From Phoronis australis (Eukaryota; Animalia; Phoronida), in NCBI GenBank assembly GCA_002633005.1, contig NMRA01000017.1:937482-1001481 (forward strand): a DNA stretch of 64,000 bases, read 5' to 3'. A program made the position numbers and the translations under genes. Numbering within the stretch: position 1 is the stretch's first letter; every line of letters begins with the position of its first letter. This document shows positions 12,601 through 26,413 of this stretch, piece by piece. The notes beneath the pieces are model-generated. The model had not been told where the DNA came from, did no database searches, and saw only the letters and a program-made list of their open reading frames with translations.

Positions 12601-15600
12601 TTGTTTGATCCTATATCCCACCTTGTATCTGCCTTTGTTAGGCCTAATATCACCCCCAAAATCTACTTTCCCTGTATTTACTCCATTCTAGGAGTGCTGA
12701 CCACTCCCCAGCTTCACTATATGGTACGTTGTTACAACTCCAATGGTGACTATGGTGTGTCCACTGAACAAGGCTACTATGACAAGCTGTGTGCTGCCTT
12801 CTTGAAACTACGAGGCTCTGTAAGTTAAAAGTGACATCAATCGTTCTTATAAAAATTCTACTGATTCCCGTTTATCTTGAGAGTTAAACATTTTTGCATT
12901 TTAATTAGTGTCCCGTTAGCGGGCATCTGCTATTCATTGAAGGATGAATAGTGACGTAAATGGACTGGAAAGAGAGAGGAGGACATGTTTTGAGACAATG
13001 GGCTATTATATAATGAGGGAGGTTGTACCTCATCATTAAATTCAATATAATTAATATCTTGTTTGCAACAGAAGTTAACGTTTCTCTCTTTTCTATCTAG
13101 CAATTCAGACTTTATGAGCTAGGTTTCAACCCTGTTGTAAAAAATGTAAATGACATAGCTTGGTCTCCAAGAATGTTTTCCAGGTCCGCCTATGTGTCAG
13201 TGGTGACAGGAATGCAGACTTACTTACTCAAGATAGATGAATTAGTGGCATGAAATTCAAAATGACATTGGACACCGTGATTGGTTGTTGAGTGCTGATG
13301 TCATTCTGAACTTGTTATTCCAGGAATACTCCATAGGTGGCTACTCAAACACTATTAAACTGGACGGTGCCAATGGTGTTGGAGCCTACAAGATGGGGCA
13401 GATACAGAAACTACTAGGGGGCGCATTAAACATACAGCTTGTGAACGATGGCACCTCTGGCAAGTTGAATTATAAGGTTAGACAGTAACGTGCTTAATGA
13501 ACTTGTGCAAGATGTTTTGAGCAGGTTGTAATGAAAGATGGATAAAGTGAGGGTATGCTTGCTTTTGGTGGCCCATAGTCTTTGTCATGAGGCTAAGATG
13601 AAATACCTTTGACATGGTTTTATGTTAAAATTTGTAATTATAGTACAGTATGTGTCTCACTTTGACTAAACACTAACACTTTGCAGTAAGTGTTGTTTTC
13701 AGTCTGTTATGAGCAAATTTAGTAATGAACAGATTTTAAGACTTATTAATAAATCAATAAACATCATTAAAATACAATTCTTGAGAATAACAAATTTGCT
13801 TCATTCATAATTTCAATTTGTTGCCCAGTGCGTCTTCTACAGCTGATTGTGCAGTTATAACTCTGTGCCAACATGTTATTAGTACCTGTTGCTACTTACT
13901 AGATTCCCAAGACTGGTGATATGTGTCTTGAAACATAAAGACCAGTGGATACAATCCTTGTAATATGCACTTGCTTCAAGTTTTAAAGTAATGTTGACAC
14001 CATGTGAAGCATTGGTTTTGCTTATACTGTGTTACGTGAATTCTCAATAGATGTGTCTAGTCGCTGTTCAGTTGGTAATTAAGTTATAATGAAATACGTG
14101 GTTTTGGTCTCTGTTTTTTCTCATATCTTACTATGATCTAAAACGTCTCGCATCACGCTACATGCTGTTCTTATTTTGTAATTTTTTTAAAAATTTCAGT
14201 GCGGTGCTGATTTTGTCAAAGTGCAACAGATGGCGCCTGAAGGTAAGCACAATTAATCGTAATAGTGTCAATACTGACCACAGCTGGCATGTTACTGAGT
14301 GGTGTCTTGATTATGAGTGACTCAGTCTGCACTGTTGTAAATGAGTTTTGCTGGACTCAAACAGGATCCATGCCTGGTCCTTTATACATTGCTAGAATAG
14401 AGAGCTGAATGGGTCGTGTAGCTCTCCCATGGAACTTCAAGGCATTTGGTGGACAGAACAAATTAGAACTTGGGTCGTATTTTGCTATAATTTGAATATT
14501 AAGCGCAAATTATAGAGCTTTTGATTGCCATAAGTCCTTGTAGTTTCAGTCCAAAATAAAGCTACTGCTCTTGATGTTTATAAAAAATTATTGTGGCATC
14601 CTGATAATTATGGAGTTTTAATTAACAGTTGATGTGTAATTATTATTAGGCTTCTTGGTGCATTACATAATATACTGTATCATTATGCTTAATATCTTAT
14701 TGTTTCAGGAGTAGCTGTCTCTCCTGCTGACCGATGCGCTTCTTTTGATGGGGATGCAGACAGGATCGTGTACTTTTATTCTGATGGCGGTGAGTCTTGT
14801 CTGTTAAGTGAGACAATGTCTAGTGTCCTCCTGTGTCTTAAGGTAATTCGGTATCTTCTGTTACAAAGGATCAAATTTCTTAAAGGGACAGTGTTGTTTC
14901 TGCAGTTGAAAACATAATTTTGGTATTATTGTTGAATGGGATAGACTTCTGACTGGAAGTTATTAGTTTTGACCAGAGCTGTAAATCCGGTGCATTGTTG
15001 TGATTTCTATTACATATCAATGATTGCCGCCTTTGTCTACCTGACCATGAAAATAAGCACTTAACTGGAATATTTGGTGTGTAGTCTGTTGAAAACTGGT
15101 CATTACGTTTTAAGTCGGACTCAGTAATTTTTCCCTCCAGACGACGTCTTCCGCCTGCTTGATGGTGACAAGATAGCCACGCTGGTCGCTGGCTACTTGG
15201 GAGAGTTGGTCGCTCAAAGCGGACTAGAGCTGAACCTGGGCCTTGTGCAGACAGCTTACGCCAACGGGAGCTCAACAGACTACATTGTCAACAAGCTGGT
15301 GAGTGATGCATTGTTAGTAATGATGACTTAGTAACTGTTACCGCTGGTCACTGGTCACTTGTGAGAATCTCTCTGAGTGGACTTGGAACTAAATTTGTGC
15401 CTTCTAGTCTGTAGTTTGGTGAGTATGCTAGCTTGGTAAAAATATTGAATTGTTAAACGTAATAATTTTATACTATCATTTTTAATTAGTTGTTTTTGTG
15501 AAATTCAGATTTAATTTTCAACATTTTGGGTGACTGTTAGTCTTCAACACGATTGTGAAGAAGACCACATTGCATTTTGTATAAATCTTACAGCAGTGTT

Positions 15601-18600
15601 CATTAGTAAGCTCTTCCACACCAACTGTACATGCCACATCCATTGTACATGCCCCACCCACTGTACCTGCCCCACCCTTTGTACATGCCACACCTAATGT
15701 ACTTGCCACACCCACTTTACAAGCCACACCCACTTTACAAGCCACACCCTCTGTACATGCCACATCCACTGTACACGTCAAAAATAATTAAACAAGTTGA
15801 TCAATGGTTTCAAGTCATGATGACTGACAAAAAATTCTGTCGCGATGGTTGACTGCAAACAGAATTCACCGAAGCCAGTAGCCTTTATGGAAAAAGGAGT
15901 TGTTTTGTTCGATTATTGTTGGCATGTATTTTGTGTCCATCGTAATCAATGACCTCGTCATTACCACCGTCACCAGTCATTGACATCACCAAGGTCATCA
16001 GTCATCGTCATCCTCTTCCAGAGAGTTCCCGTGGCCTGTGTTCCTACTGGTGTGAAACACCTGCATCACAAGGCCATGGAGTTTGATATTGGTGTCTACT
16101 TTGAGGCCAACGGTCACGGAACAGTGCTGTTTAGTGACAAGGCTATGGAAAAGATTGGAACAGCCTCTTCTGATGGCAGGTATGTAAAGGTAGAGGATGT
16201 TTTAAATTCACAAACACCATCATTTTACACAAACATTTATTTATCACTTGCTTAAAACGAACTTTTGAGTTAGAACTACATTTACCGCAGACTTGGAAGT
16301 GTTTTGTGGTTTTGTAAGGAACTGACAATTCATTCTTTGAGGCCATGCTTGGCTCATAAAGTGACACACCAAAGGCCAGAACCTGGTATCATACTGTGTT
16401 GAACTGTCAGCTCTTCTGATGCACTGAAATCACTTTAAATTTGAGACCAATTTCATAAGCGTGCTAAATCAAATTTTTTGATTTTTGTAATCTCGGTTCA
16501 CCAAAATTTTGATGTTGTAAATAAAAGTTGTAACAGGAACATATATTGGTCCCAGTCAAACTTGAAGAACCACTGTTTGCCAGGAATGTAGACTGCAAGA
16601 TATTGTTGTTGACAGTTTACACTTGTCTGTCTTGTATAGAAATGCGCGTTTAGATTCTTTTGCTATGCCGACCGAGTTCAAAATTATTGATTTGTGAGGT
16701 AATAGATTTTTAGTATTTGTTTTCTTCTTCGAGTATTGTACACTTATTCTAGTAACCATGTTGAAATATGTAGTTTTAGAAATGGCAATATCTTTCACTT
16801 TATTGCTGAAGTATATAGTGAACACGACAACCAGTAAACATTTCTTAAAGTCTAACTTCAGCGGAATTCTGTTACTTTAGATGTATTAGGCTAACCAGAT
16901 AGTCCTAGCAAAGCCTTAGTAAAATAAGAAAACGCGAGTTCAATCATGCAGGTGTAAGCCCGTCAAATGATAAGTGAAGCTGCCTTTTCGTGCCATGTTG
17001 CATCACCGCAAGATCCCAGCACAAGCAACAAAAGGTTGCATTGAATAGGGGACTGAACAGAACACCATTTCGTGCGGGGGTTATTCGCAGCTGATTGAAT
17101 TTATCAATAGGGGATTCTCGCGGTGATGTAGACAAAAGCAAGCCACTACGAATAACAGTTGGTTACACATTTTATGGCATTAGTGGGCTCAGTGCGATAT
17201 GCTCTTAACATACTGTAGGAACCAAATTTACAGGTGTTTCCGTTGAAGATATGCTTTTAAAATTACTGATTGATAACCTTTTACGACATAATATAGTGAA
17301 AAGTTTGTCTGATTTGTAATATTTTTTACATTTTAACAGTACAATGTTTTTCATCATCAAAATTATCATTTATTTGATATTGTTGGAACATACTTCAGGT
17401 CGTCTCCTTGCCTATTGAATATTTGCCTTTTGGCAATACTGTTTTCTTTAGCCACATACTATACAAGACAAAATCAATCTGACAAAATACCGTTTTCCTG
17501 TCACAAGGGTTAATTCTATTGTTAGCAAAAATGACTGGTAATAACTATTAAGTGACAGAATTCTAATACGCAATCGCTTAGCAACCTTACTGACTTTCTT
17601 GTTAATTCTCCTTCATTCTTGGTCATCAGGGGAGACGACTCTGACGTTGAATTCAGCTTCCGCCCAGCTGTCCTAACGAGAAATTCAGGGTCATTTCGCC
17701 TGAATATTTATGTCCTGTACTGTATGTACATCTTGAACTTCTGTTGCAGTGGAGAGAGCGCTGAGGCAGCCACTAGGTTACGCTTCCTGATAGACCTCAT
17801 TAACCAAACAGTCGGGGATGCCATATCAGACATGCTACTGGTGGAAACAATATTACATTCCAGAGGGTGGAGCATCGATGACTGGAACAGGTCTTACAAA
17901 GACCTCCCTAACAGGCAGCTCAAAGTGAAGGTGTCTATTGATGTCCTGTAAACAGCACCGGTCTACTGTCAAACTTTCAGTGCTAAGTGTCATTGTCAGT
18001 GCTCATGACTAATACAGCGTTCACATGCCATCTGATTAGCAGCCAGATCAGATACAAGTTATCATAACGGGCACATTCCATTTTTGATGGATTTAAACTT
18101 GTGGCGTGGTCTGTTTTCTTCATTTATCATTAAAACTTAAATCTGACGAACATTATTTGCGGTGTTTTAATTAGTATTTATTTACTAACTCTCAATTAAA
18201 ATTTAAGAATGATCAAAATCGAGATATTAAATTGTAATTCTCAAACTTGGATTGAAGTTCACGGTAATTTAGAACGTGATTAAGGATATTGTCAATGAAA
18301 TTTCAGAACAAAATTTCTCGGCTAATTCTCTAATGTAACTATTGACTTTATTTCTTTCACAGTTTTGTCATAACTCACTCAAAAAATTTTCAACGTTTTG
18401 ATAATTTAAGTACTTGCGTCTTGCCACAGTTTAATGATTACGTTATGAATTTCAAATAAGTTTAGATAATAATAATGTCGTTTCTTCACTTTCAAGGTAA
18501 AGGACCGCACGGTGATCCAGACCACTGATGCAGAGCGCCGCACAACACAGCCAGCCGGGCTACAGGCAGCCATTGACAAAACTGTCTCTAAATATACCAA

Positions 18601-19446
18601 AGGACGCTCTTTTGTAAGGTTGGTAACAAAACATGGGTGAACGGACAAGTCAGAATATTATGCATGAAATTACTGTCAGTACTTTCTAGGAAACTGAGAT
18701 CACTCGCCATAATATTTTGCAAAATTAAAAGACGTTATAATTGTCCGATTCTCAATATCAAGCAGTTGCCTCTGACAGACCTGTTCCGTGGTCACTAATG
18801 ATAAAACTACTATCCAACGTTCTCTTGTATTAAGCCGCTCTGCACAAGCTGTGTAGCGTAGATGTTAGATCAGAGCAGGATTTGTCTAAAGATGACAGCT
18901 GACGGGACTGAAATGTTTAAAAGCAATGACAGATTGACTTTGCACTGTGGCTGTGTTCGAATAATTTGTTGTAACATTTCTTTGTCAAATTGTGGTGGCA
19001 ACGAACCTTTTAGAAGTGATAGTCATCTTGCTGGGTTAAAGTAATAGACTAATGCCATGCCTTAAAATGCCACACAATCGTGTTCAGTCACTTGACCGCC
19101 ATTTTTCATTAAACTGTCATTTTTGCTTTGCAATCTATAAAAAGCTGACAGAACTGTAGACAATACCGAATTTGAACTGTCAACACACAGGGAACTGTCT
19201 CGGGGTTTTTTTATTTACCCTATAACAACAGGGAAGTCAGCAATGATAAAAGAAATAATTTCCAAAGTTTGATGTGAAGTCTCATGACATCTGATCCTGT
19301 GGTGCTCTTGCAGGCCGTCAGGTACAGAGGACGTGGTGAGAGTGTACGCCGAGGCTGATACGCAAGCACACGCTGATCAACTGGCCAACCAGGTGGCAGT
19401 ATTGGTCTATGACATGGCTGGTGGCGTCGGTGATAGACCCACGTAA
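6622..19446 (+). CDS. PGM3: Phosphoacetylglucosamine mutase (GlcNAc-phosphate mutase), 14 coding exons, 542 aa
   Basis: Exons 6622-6722, 8321-8391, 9179-9308, 11029-11124, 11637-11710, 12692-12819, 13324-13476, 14200-14242, 14709-14789, 15141-15298, 16022-16179, 17750-17930, 18497-18618, 19314-19446. All GT-AG, phases consistent, total 1629 nt. Motifs: YGTAGFR, catalytic ITASHNP, GRDTR, TTPQLH, DGANGVG, metal loop [41 protein letters not shown]. Confidence 0.97.
12020..12660. repeat. Degenerate minisatellite of about 30 bp, interrupted by an R2 copy
   Basis: gttagacccaatatcaccttgtatctgccttt-like units at 12020-12125 and 12390-12660. Confidence 0.7.
15626..15778. repeat. 18-bp minisatellite in a PGM3 intron
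   Basis: About 8 copies of tgtacatgccacacccac; explains the spurious PHPLY and VGVACT ORFs. Confidence 0.9.
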
Positions 19447-19984
19447 CCTACACTTGTGATATTGGATGCGGTTAGCAGTATCGGGATAATGTGAAATGTT
19501 ACAGGAAGGGTAGATTTCGACTTGACAATAACACAGGATAGGTAAACAAGAATGGGTTATGATAAAATGTGGATTCAGATCACGAGTTATGACATCAGAG
19601 CCTGCCGGGGTGTTCAAGTCAGCAAGGCTCTTTAAGTTGGATCAAAGTTAATTCCAAGTTTATTTCACACTTGGAAATTGTATTCCTACGCATCTTTAAT
19701 TGTTTTACAAAACGGTTAGTAGTCCTAAGTGGCTGTCAACACCAATTACAGCAGGGTACTAAACAGGTGCTTGTCTTCCTGGGGTGACTTAATTAATTTT
19801 GGAATAAATTAATGATACTGGACAAACAAGCAATTCAGGATTACCTAATATTGTATCGATTCTCGTTAACAATCGAATGCTATGAAAAGTTCTAGTAGCA
19901 TAAGATGTTCATTCATTTGTATTGTTTGTGGCCTTAGAACAAAAATATTTATTGTCTGTGTCCCTGGAAAGTTGAAGTATGTCT

Positions 19985-20064
19985 GAGGGCCCCCATGGAA
20001 AGAAGTGTGAACTGATGGGGCTACCCTCATTGTAAATATTACATTAATAATAAATAATAATAAT
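19985..20064 (+). mobile_element. Retroposon 3'-tail fragment (stem-loop plus (AAT)n tail), copy 1
   Basis: GAGGG-C-CCCCAT-GGAAA...ATGGGG-CTA-CCCTC, then taaatat and aataataaataataataat; same layout as 58729-58808. Confidence 0.6.
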
Positions 20065-20416
20065 AGTATGTTGACTTTTTAAGCAGCAGGGTGGTAGCCA
20101 GCAGCATCAGTCAAGTATGACTAGTTAACAGTTGTCGCAATAACTTTCTTTCCCATTCATCATTGATGAATTGAATTAGCTGATGGTGCCGTCTATTGTG
20201 CCTTAATTCTAAAGGTGGGATGTGAATTATTTTTTATTTTTCTTGGAATGAGAAAATAAAATGTATCGTGCATTTTGCTTCAAGTCGTTGCTTCTTAAAA
20301 TTATTATATTCTAAATGCCTAATTATCTTTCCTTGCAAATGATTCGACGACTTTCAGGCTCAGTTTCGTTCCAAAAATTATTCAAGTGTTACAGCAAATT
20401 GGCTAAACTGTCGTTT

Positions 20417-22922
20417 TTACATCATCACAGGAGTCGTGTCATTACACTGGGACACATTAGTGTTAGTTACGTCATTACAGTCGGACACGTTGTTAATTGT
20501 GTCATTGCATTGGGACACATCACCAATACCTCTGTTATCACAATGGGACACCCTGCCCTTGTATCGTTCATGCTGGAAAATTATAAAACTGCAAAGCATA
20601 AGTATTATCAGAAACATCAGTCCCAATGCAATACCCAAACCATAAACGATGCTCCAGATGTTTGGACAACGGCAGTGATGAGCGCTCCTGCCATCAGGTG
20701 GGACTTTTGAAACTTTTGAATGGTTGGAAGCACCTGTCAATGAAAGATAGTGTTTTTAATGTGGTGATTTGCATTTTTTTTTTCATTTTCAAGAAAAGGT
20801 AAACGTGCCATGAATGACCTCAAATATCTTAATAACATCAGATTCTAAAACGTGTTGTTTTTTGACAGTCTTTTAAATGTATTGCAACTTTTTTGACTTT
20901 CCAAATACAGTAACTGTAAGTTGTATGTTGGGATTTCTGTTAAGCCTACTACCAAGGACTGGATTCTATAATAAAACATTAAAACTACATTTTTTCAAAA
21001 ACCGTTAACGATCACAGACTCTTATAATGTGCATAAAACAATGCCCAGATGCCTGTAGTCACGTGGTTAAGTTTTTTTGTAAAGAATTTTAGTCTGAGAA
21101 CTTGACAGTGTGAAATGTCAAGTTACAGAAAAGGGGGAAATTTTTCAGGTGAAGTATCAGTCTACAAATAAAGAGGCACAGGTGATAGAAATTAGTTTGT
21201 GTTGTAAAACTTATTAACTGGAAGAACAAAGAGAAGAAGTGATGAAACTGAAAATCGGTTAAAAGGAAATCAAAACATAAAAAGAGGAAATCTTTCTTAA
21301 AACAAGAAAATTACGAGTCCTGAAAAATGAAGACACCAGCATTTCTCAACTTCTTGAGTTTTGATTAGCCAAGCTGTTGGATTAAAAGGTCTTCTTAAAG
21401 AATATCCCACAAATACCTTTGTAGCACACAGCAGTAAAGAAACAGAATTTGCAAGTTTTTTGCGAAAATGTGACATGGCAATATGCATAAAAAATCAAGA
21501 TTTAAAAAAAGCAAACATGATTATGAACATCTGGTTATTGCTGTTGTGCACACTATAAGATACTGTGATCACCAAGGATTTCAAAAATATACAGTTTGAT
21601 GTCCCCAATTTAACATATAAATTACAATATTTTTTAAAGAAATTTGATCCTTGGTAACTAAGGTAGTCAGTTACCTAGTAACACAAGTCATTTACATAAT
21701 TTGGAGTGTCAAGGAATCGGAGATGTGACCTGCTCACAGCTGGGGTGCATGTATGTATGGATACACAGGGGGCAATCAAAAAATTATCTTCTCAGGCGGG
21801 ACCATAAACCCTTTTTTAAGGTGTGTTTAGTTAATACACAGACCAACTGGGACAGGTGTATATGAAGAGCAGGGTTCAGTAAAGAACTGCTTTCAGTGAG
21901 CAACAGGTAATTTACAACCATCCCAAAATTCTACACCAATATGCACACTAGTTACCCCCTTCAACCCCAAAATGAGTACAATCAATATAGTTGCCTTGAG
22001 AAAAATGACCTTTGGAATTTTGGCAAGTTTATGTTAAAATACACTGTTTACCTGTTGTCACATGAACCGCGACTTTTCTTCCAATAGCACCAAACCACGG
22101 TGCCATTGCAGTGCATTCATAATTGCCCGCCATGTTAAAATCAGCTCGATCAAAATTCAGGACTGCTCTATTGACTGTGACAGCAGCATTAACAGGAGGG
22201 AGAAACTCTTGATACGTCCAGTTGGGAAATATCCACGCCACATACGGAGCTGGGTCTCCAGTGGCTACACAGGTTAGTGAAAAGTGGTCACCATGAATGA
22301 CTCGAAGCTCCTGAGTGAATGGCGTTATCTTTGGTCGTACGCACTGAAATGCAGCTATACTTGATGGTTGCACACGAGGCGTTGAACACATGAATGGTTC
22401 AGCAGTGTTTTTCAGCCATCCGATGACGCAGTTGCAGTGCCAAGGGTTGTCACCAACGAGAAGAGTTGTATTCCATAATGTTACCCGCATTCTGCTGTCC
22501 AGTGTCTGAAACTTGTTGTTGCTGATGTCCAAACGTTCAAGAGATATGCCTTCTAGCATTCCAGGAGGCAGGGAACTCAGTAGATTGTTACTTAGATCTA
22601 AGTGGGTCAGGTTCCAGAGACCGTAGAAAGCTCCGTATTCGACTGTATCCAGTTTACTGTTAGTGATGTACAAGGAGTTCACATGACTCAAATCATGTTG
22701 GTTGTTAGAGACAAATCCATGCGTCACAAGAATGTTCTGATGAGACAGTTCGACAGCAAGTTGAGAAATGTCATCGCGAATTTCTGGTAGGCATTGCAAG
22801 TAATTAAGCTTGCACTTGAGTGTCCTGTTAATCTTTATGCAATCAGTAGAACAACTTAACCCAGTAGCATGACAATTGTTTTGCACCATCCAAAGTAACA
22901 GAAGACGAAAGATTATAGACAT
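20417..22922 (-). CDS. LRR + Ig-domain single-pass membrane protein (LIG-type receptor), two coding exons, about 395 aa
   Basis: Exon 22052-22922: signal-peptide-like MSIIFRLLLLWMV, LRRNT cysteines, LRRs (LTHLDLSNNLLSSLP, LERLDISNNKF), LRRCT (NPWHCNC) and an I-set Ig domain (LTCVATGDPAPYVAW...GNYEC). Phase-1 donor ACAG|gtaaac at 22052 joins phase-1 acceptor tttcattgacag|GT at 20733. Exon 20417-20733 encodes TM IWSIVYGLGIALGLMFLIILMLCSFIIF and a short tail. Alternative ATG at 22946; a strong acceptor at 22986 implies a further upstream exon. Confidence 0.85.
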
Positions 22923-25900
22923 CACTTCGTCTTGTACCCGAGTCATACGTAACTTCAAACCATCTGAGAAGAGTCGAGTGCAGAACCTATTGAAATGAAG
23001 CAAAGTACGGAAGAAAAGACTTCCCTACCATGAAATGTTATTCACGTCATGTTCAAATCCCCAAACACACAATGCTTTTTCGGGACATTGTTTCAGTTGT
23101 AGTTGCTAACTACGAGCGGGTGACCCAGGGGGTAAGACTAAGATACGTGTATTTGAAGTAAAGTTGATAAATAAATCATATTGCCTTTTTGATTGCCAGT
23201 TGGATGGGAAATGGACCACAGAATTTAATTAGAAATTGCTGCGTTTCTATGGAGCAAATAACAATTTTAAACGTTCACAATAACAAAGTAATAAAGTTGT
23301 TTTGTTTACACAACTTTTAATAATAATTATCTTACAATGAACTTTGTGAAAAATCAACATTTTGAGAACTGTATAACATAGTTGTGTTACGACATGTTCT
23401 TCAAACTATATAAATTAACACAATTATGAAATAAATTAACATCAGGTTCTCAGCCAGTATGTACATTCCACACAGACAAGTAATACTCAACTCAATAACA
23501 TTTAACAATATCAGAACAGTGTAAACAGCATCATGTTGAAGATACCCGGTAGTATTAACATAATCCAGGTGACTTCAAAGTGTGCAAAATATTAGACAAA
23601 CCAGACTCCTGTTAAGCTATCTGCAAACGCAGTGGATTTACAGCCGAAACTGAGAAGTAACAACAGCACTTAAGTATCTTGACAGTGAATAATTGTTTTA
23701 AGTATGGTTTACTACAAAAACATTTCCTACAACTCTTTTACTCTTTACTCAAAATGAAACTAAATCCTTGTTTGGGTGACTTCGCCAATCCTCGTCACCC
23801 GCTAATGTATCATTGGTGTACCAAAAAAGGAGAATTGAACAAAAAATTAGTACTCCTTGTGTCACAGGTTGGTTAAGGTTCTTGGCAGGTGGTCTTTACC
23901 CACAGTTACAGTGTAACTCGCCTAAAGCGTAGGTCATGCTTGTCCATTTAGCAGTTATGAAAGTTTTCAATTTTTTCCTCTAAACTTTTGAGGGTTGTTG
24001 AGGATGTCATTTTGTTCCAGACAACTGGATGGGAAAGGTATTTTTATATTCTGTTAATAGCTAGGCCAAAACTGGGTTTGGTATCATTTTAAGATACTAC
24101 CAAAGGAAAGACTTGGATGGAAGTTAATGAATGTTTTGACAGTCAATCAGTATTTCAATTACTAAAAACATTTAGTTCAACTCAAAGTGTATCGACTACC
24201 CCATCAACAAAATTTTGGGAGGATGCATCAATGGGTTATATATCAGCCTATCACAGCTTAGAGATGAATCGGCATGTTGAAGGCAGTTTAAAGTTGCTTA
24301 AATAAAGGACACTGGAAAAACCAAATCCTGCTTTAATAATGACCAATATTTTTGGGGAAGTCACCAATTTCCTACCATTCCTTCACAGAGCCCCAAGGAT
24401 GGTCCGAATTTAAAATTTCTACCCAAAAATCTGCAAACCTGTCATGAAACAGCCATGGAACAGCAAAGAAAATTTAGTTGCCTTTGTTTTAGCCTACCGG
24501 CGACAAACACATTTCCGTGGTTTCTGACCAGCAAGTAATGCCAAAATCTGACCTTTGGTAACACAATAGTAGGTCTTATAACATTTGCAAAGTCATGTTT
24601 TTATAAACACAGCATTAAAACAATTGTTTAACTATCATAAGTTCACTAATTAACCAATTTGAAAGTTTGTTGGGTCTTGAGTTCCATGACAAGTAAATGA
24701 AAGTTGAAAACAAAAAATAGGCACAGAATGGAACAATGAAGTCGTTGATAATCTTCAAGAAAACAGCTGGTGTTAAGGGTGACAACTTGCTAATAACAAT
24801 TCTATTTGTAAATGATGCTGACTAGAGGTCCATGAATATTGTAGCTAGTAAATGCATTCAAGCCCAACAGAACAAGATAAAGGTTATGTTGTATTCTAGA
24901 AAAAATGTCCAAATTTGGCAAACTTCAGAACGGAACTGCATCATATCTCAAAAATGGATTAAGATTCACGCGAGACTTTCACAATACTTTGCTTTGAAGA
25001 GTATTCTACAATACGATTTTAGGTATTGTTTTTAAAATTTTCCACATCTGCATGAAAGTATATCAAAAATGGGACTTTCATGATTTTCATAAAACAAAGA
25101 TAACTGTACCGTCATTTTTGAAATTTCATTTTGATCATTAAATGAAATTTAGTCACGTTTTGGTACATTATTTTGTTTTGCTATCAATGAACCTTTTCAT
25201 TTTTCTAAATTTTACATCACGACCAAAGTCAAAAATGAAATTCTACAGGCTTTCAACTTTCAGAAATCATAAACTTTCACCGAATTAAAAATTATAGTTT
25301 GAAGATATTTGGCTAAGTTCTCAGACTTGCTGATAATGTCCTAAGCTTAACAGCCCACCACACCAACTATTGAACATTAAGCATTACCGTACATTCAAGA
25401 CAAGAAAACAACAAAATTTACTTGAAACTCAACTAAAAATGGATCTATAGCATGTAGCATTGCAAGTAAACAGTCACTTAAATTTCAAAATACAACTGGT
25501 CGTTATACAAGTCAAGTCCCAACCAGTTTAACATTCTTAAACCTGGAAGTAATCACGTAGCATCTGCATAATGCTTTCCAGTTGTCTTCAGGTATTTGCT
25601 TTCCTTTTCCTTTGTGTCAGACTAAGGCACCGGCTCGCAAACATTTTGCTCATTGTTTAAGAAAATTTAAGAAAATTATGGGACTCATTGTTATTTTTTA
25701 ACATTTTCGCCATTAATTAAGGTGCAGAAACAAATTACTTGATACAATACCATGTGTTAAGTGTTGGTTTAATTCTATCCACACAATTCGACGAGATGAG
25801 CCAAAAGTTATTAATGAGATAATTTCAATCACACTGATGGTGTGAGTTTTCAGCACAATTCCCGCTGCACATAATCTCCGGTATGTAATAGTCGTGGGGC

Positions 25901-26413
25901 CCACAACAAGAAAACTGACTTAGCTAACTTAAAGACGAATCCTAAATTTCAGTCAATTTTAGGATAAAACTTAAAATTTGTCACAATTCCATTACAAGAA
26001 AGAGATCTTAAGTAATGTTTGATTTAATTTTTTCCTTACATTTTGCCTTAAATTTGACTAACCAACCGGATGTGGTAGTTTCAAAGTTTGGAGGTTGAGA
26101 TAAATCTTAGATTTAAAGTGGAACTTGCGCACTAATTCTTTTTCTCTGTTATTGCTTGGTCAAATTAGTTATAAACGCAACATACAGCGACAATGTGAAT
26201 ATGAAATACCTTGAAAATTGCCAACTGTTTATAAGTCTAGAATGAGTTTTACATTAGCATAGTTAGAAGCATGCAAATACATCTTTAAGCCAAAACTTAA
26301 GCCAGTTTCTTGGAAAGAGCCCATGATCTTTGCAGATCCACAGCACTAAAGGTAGAACATAACATACTTTGAGCACCAATGAAACACAACAGATAAATCA
26401 AGAACTATCCGTT

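Noticed and set aside
12020-12660. CRISPR-like array of about 30-bp repeats
   Set aside because: Degenerate tandem units without unique spacers, inside a eukaryotic intron; no cas genes.
15518-15852. ORFs with PHPLY and VGVACT repeats
   Set aside because: Translations of an 18-bp intronic minisatellite; no splice-compatible place in PGM3.
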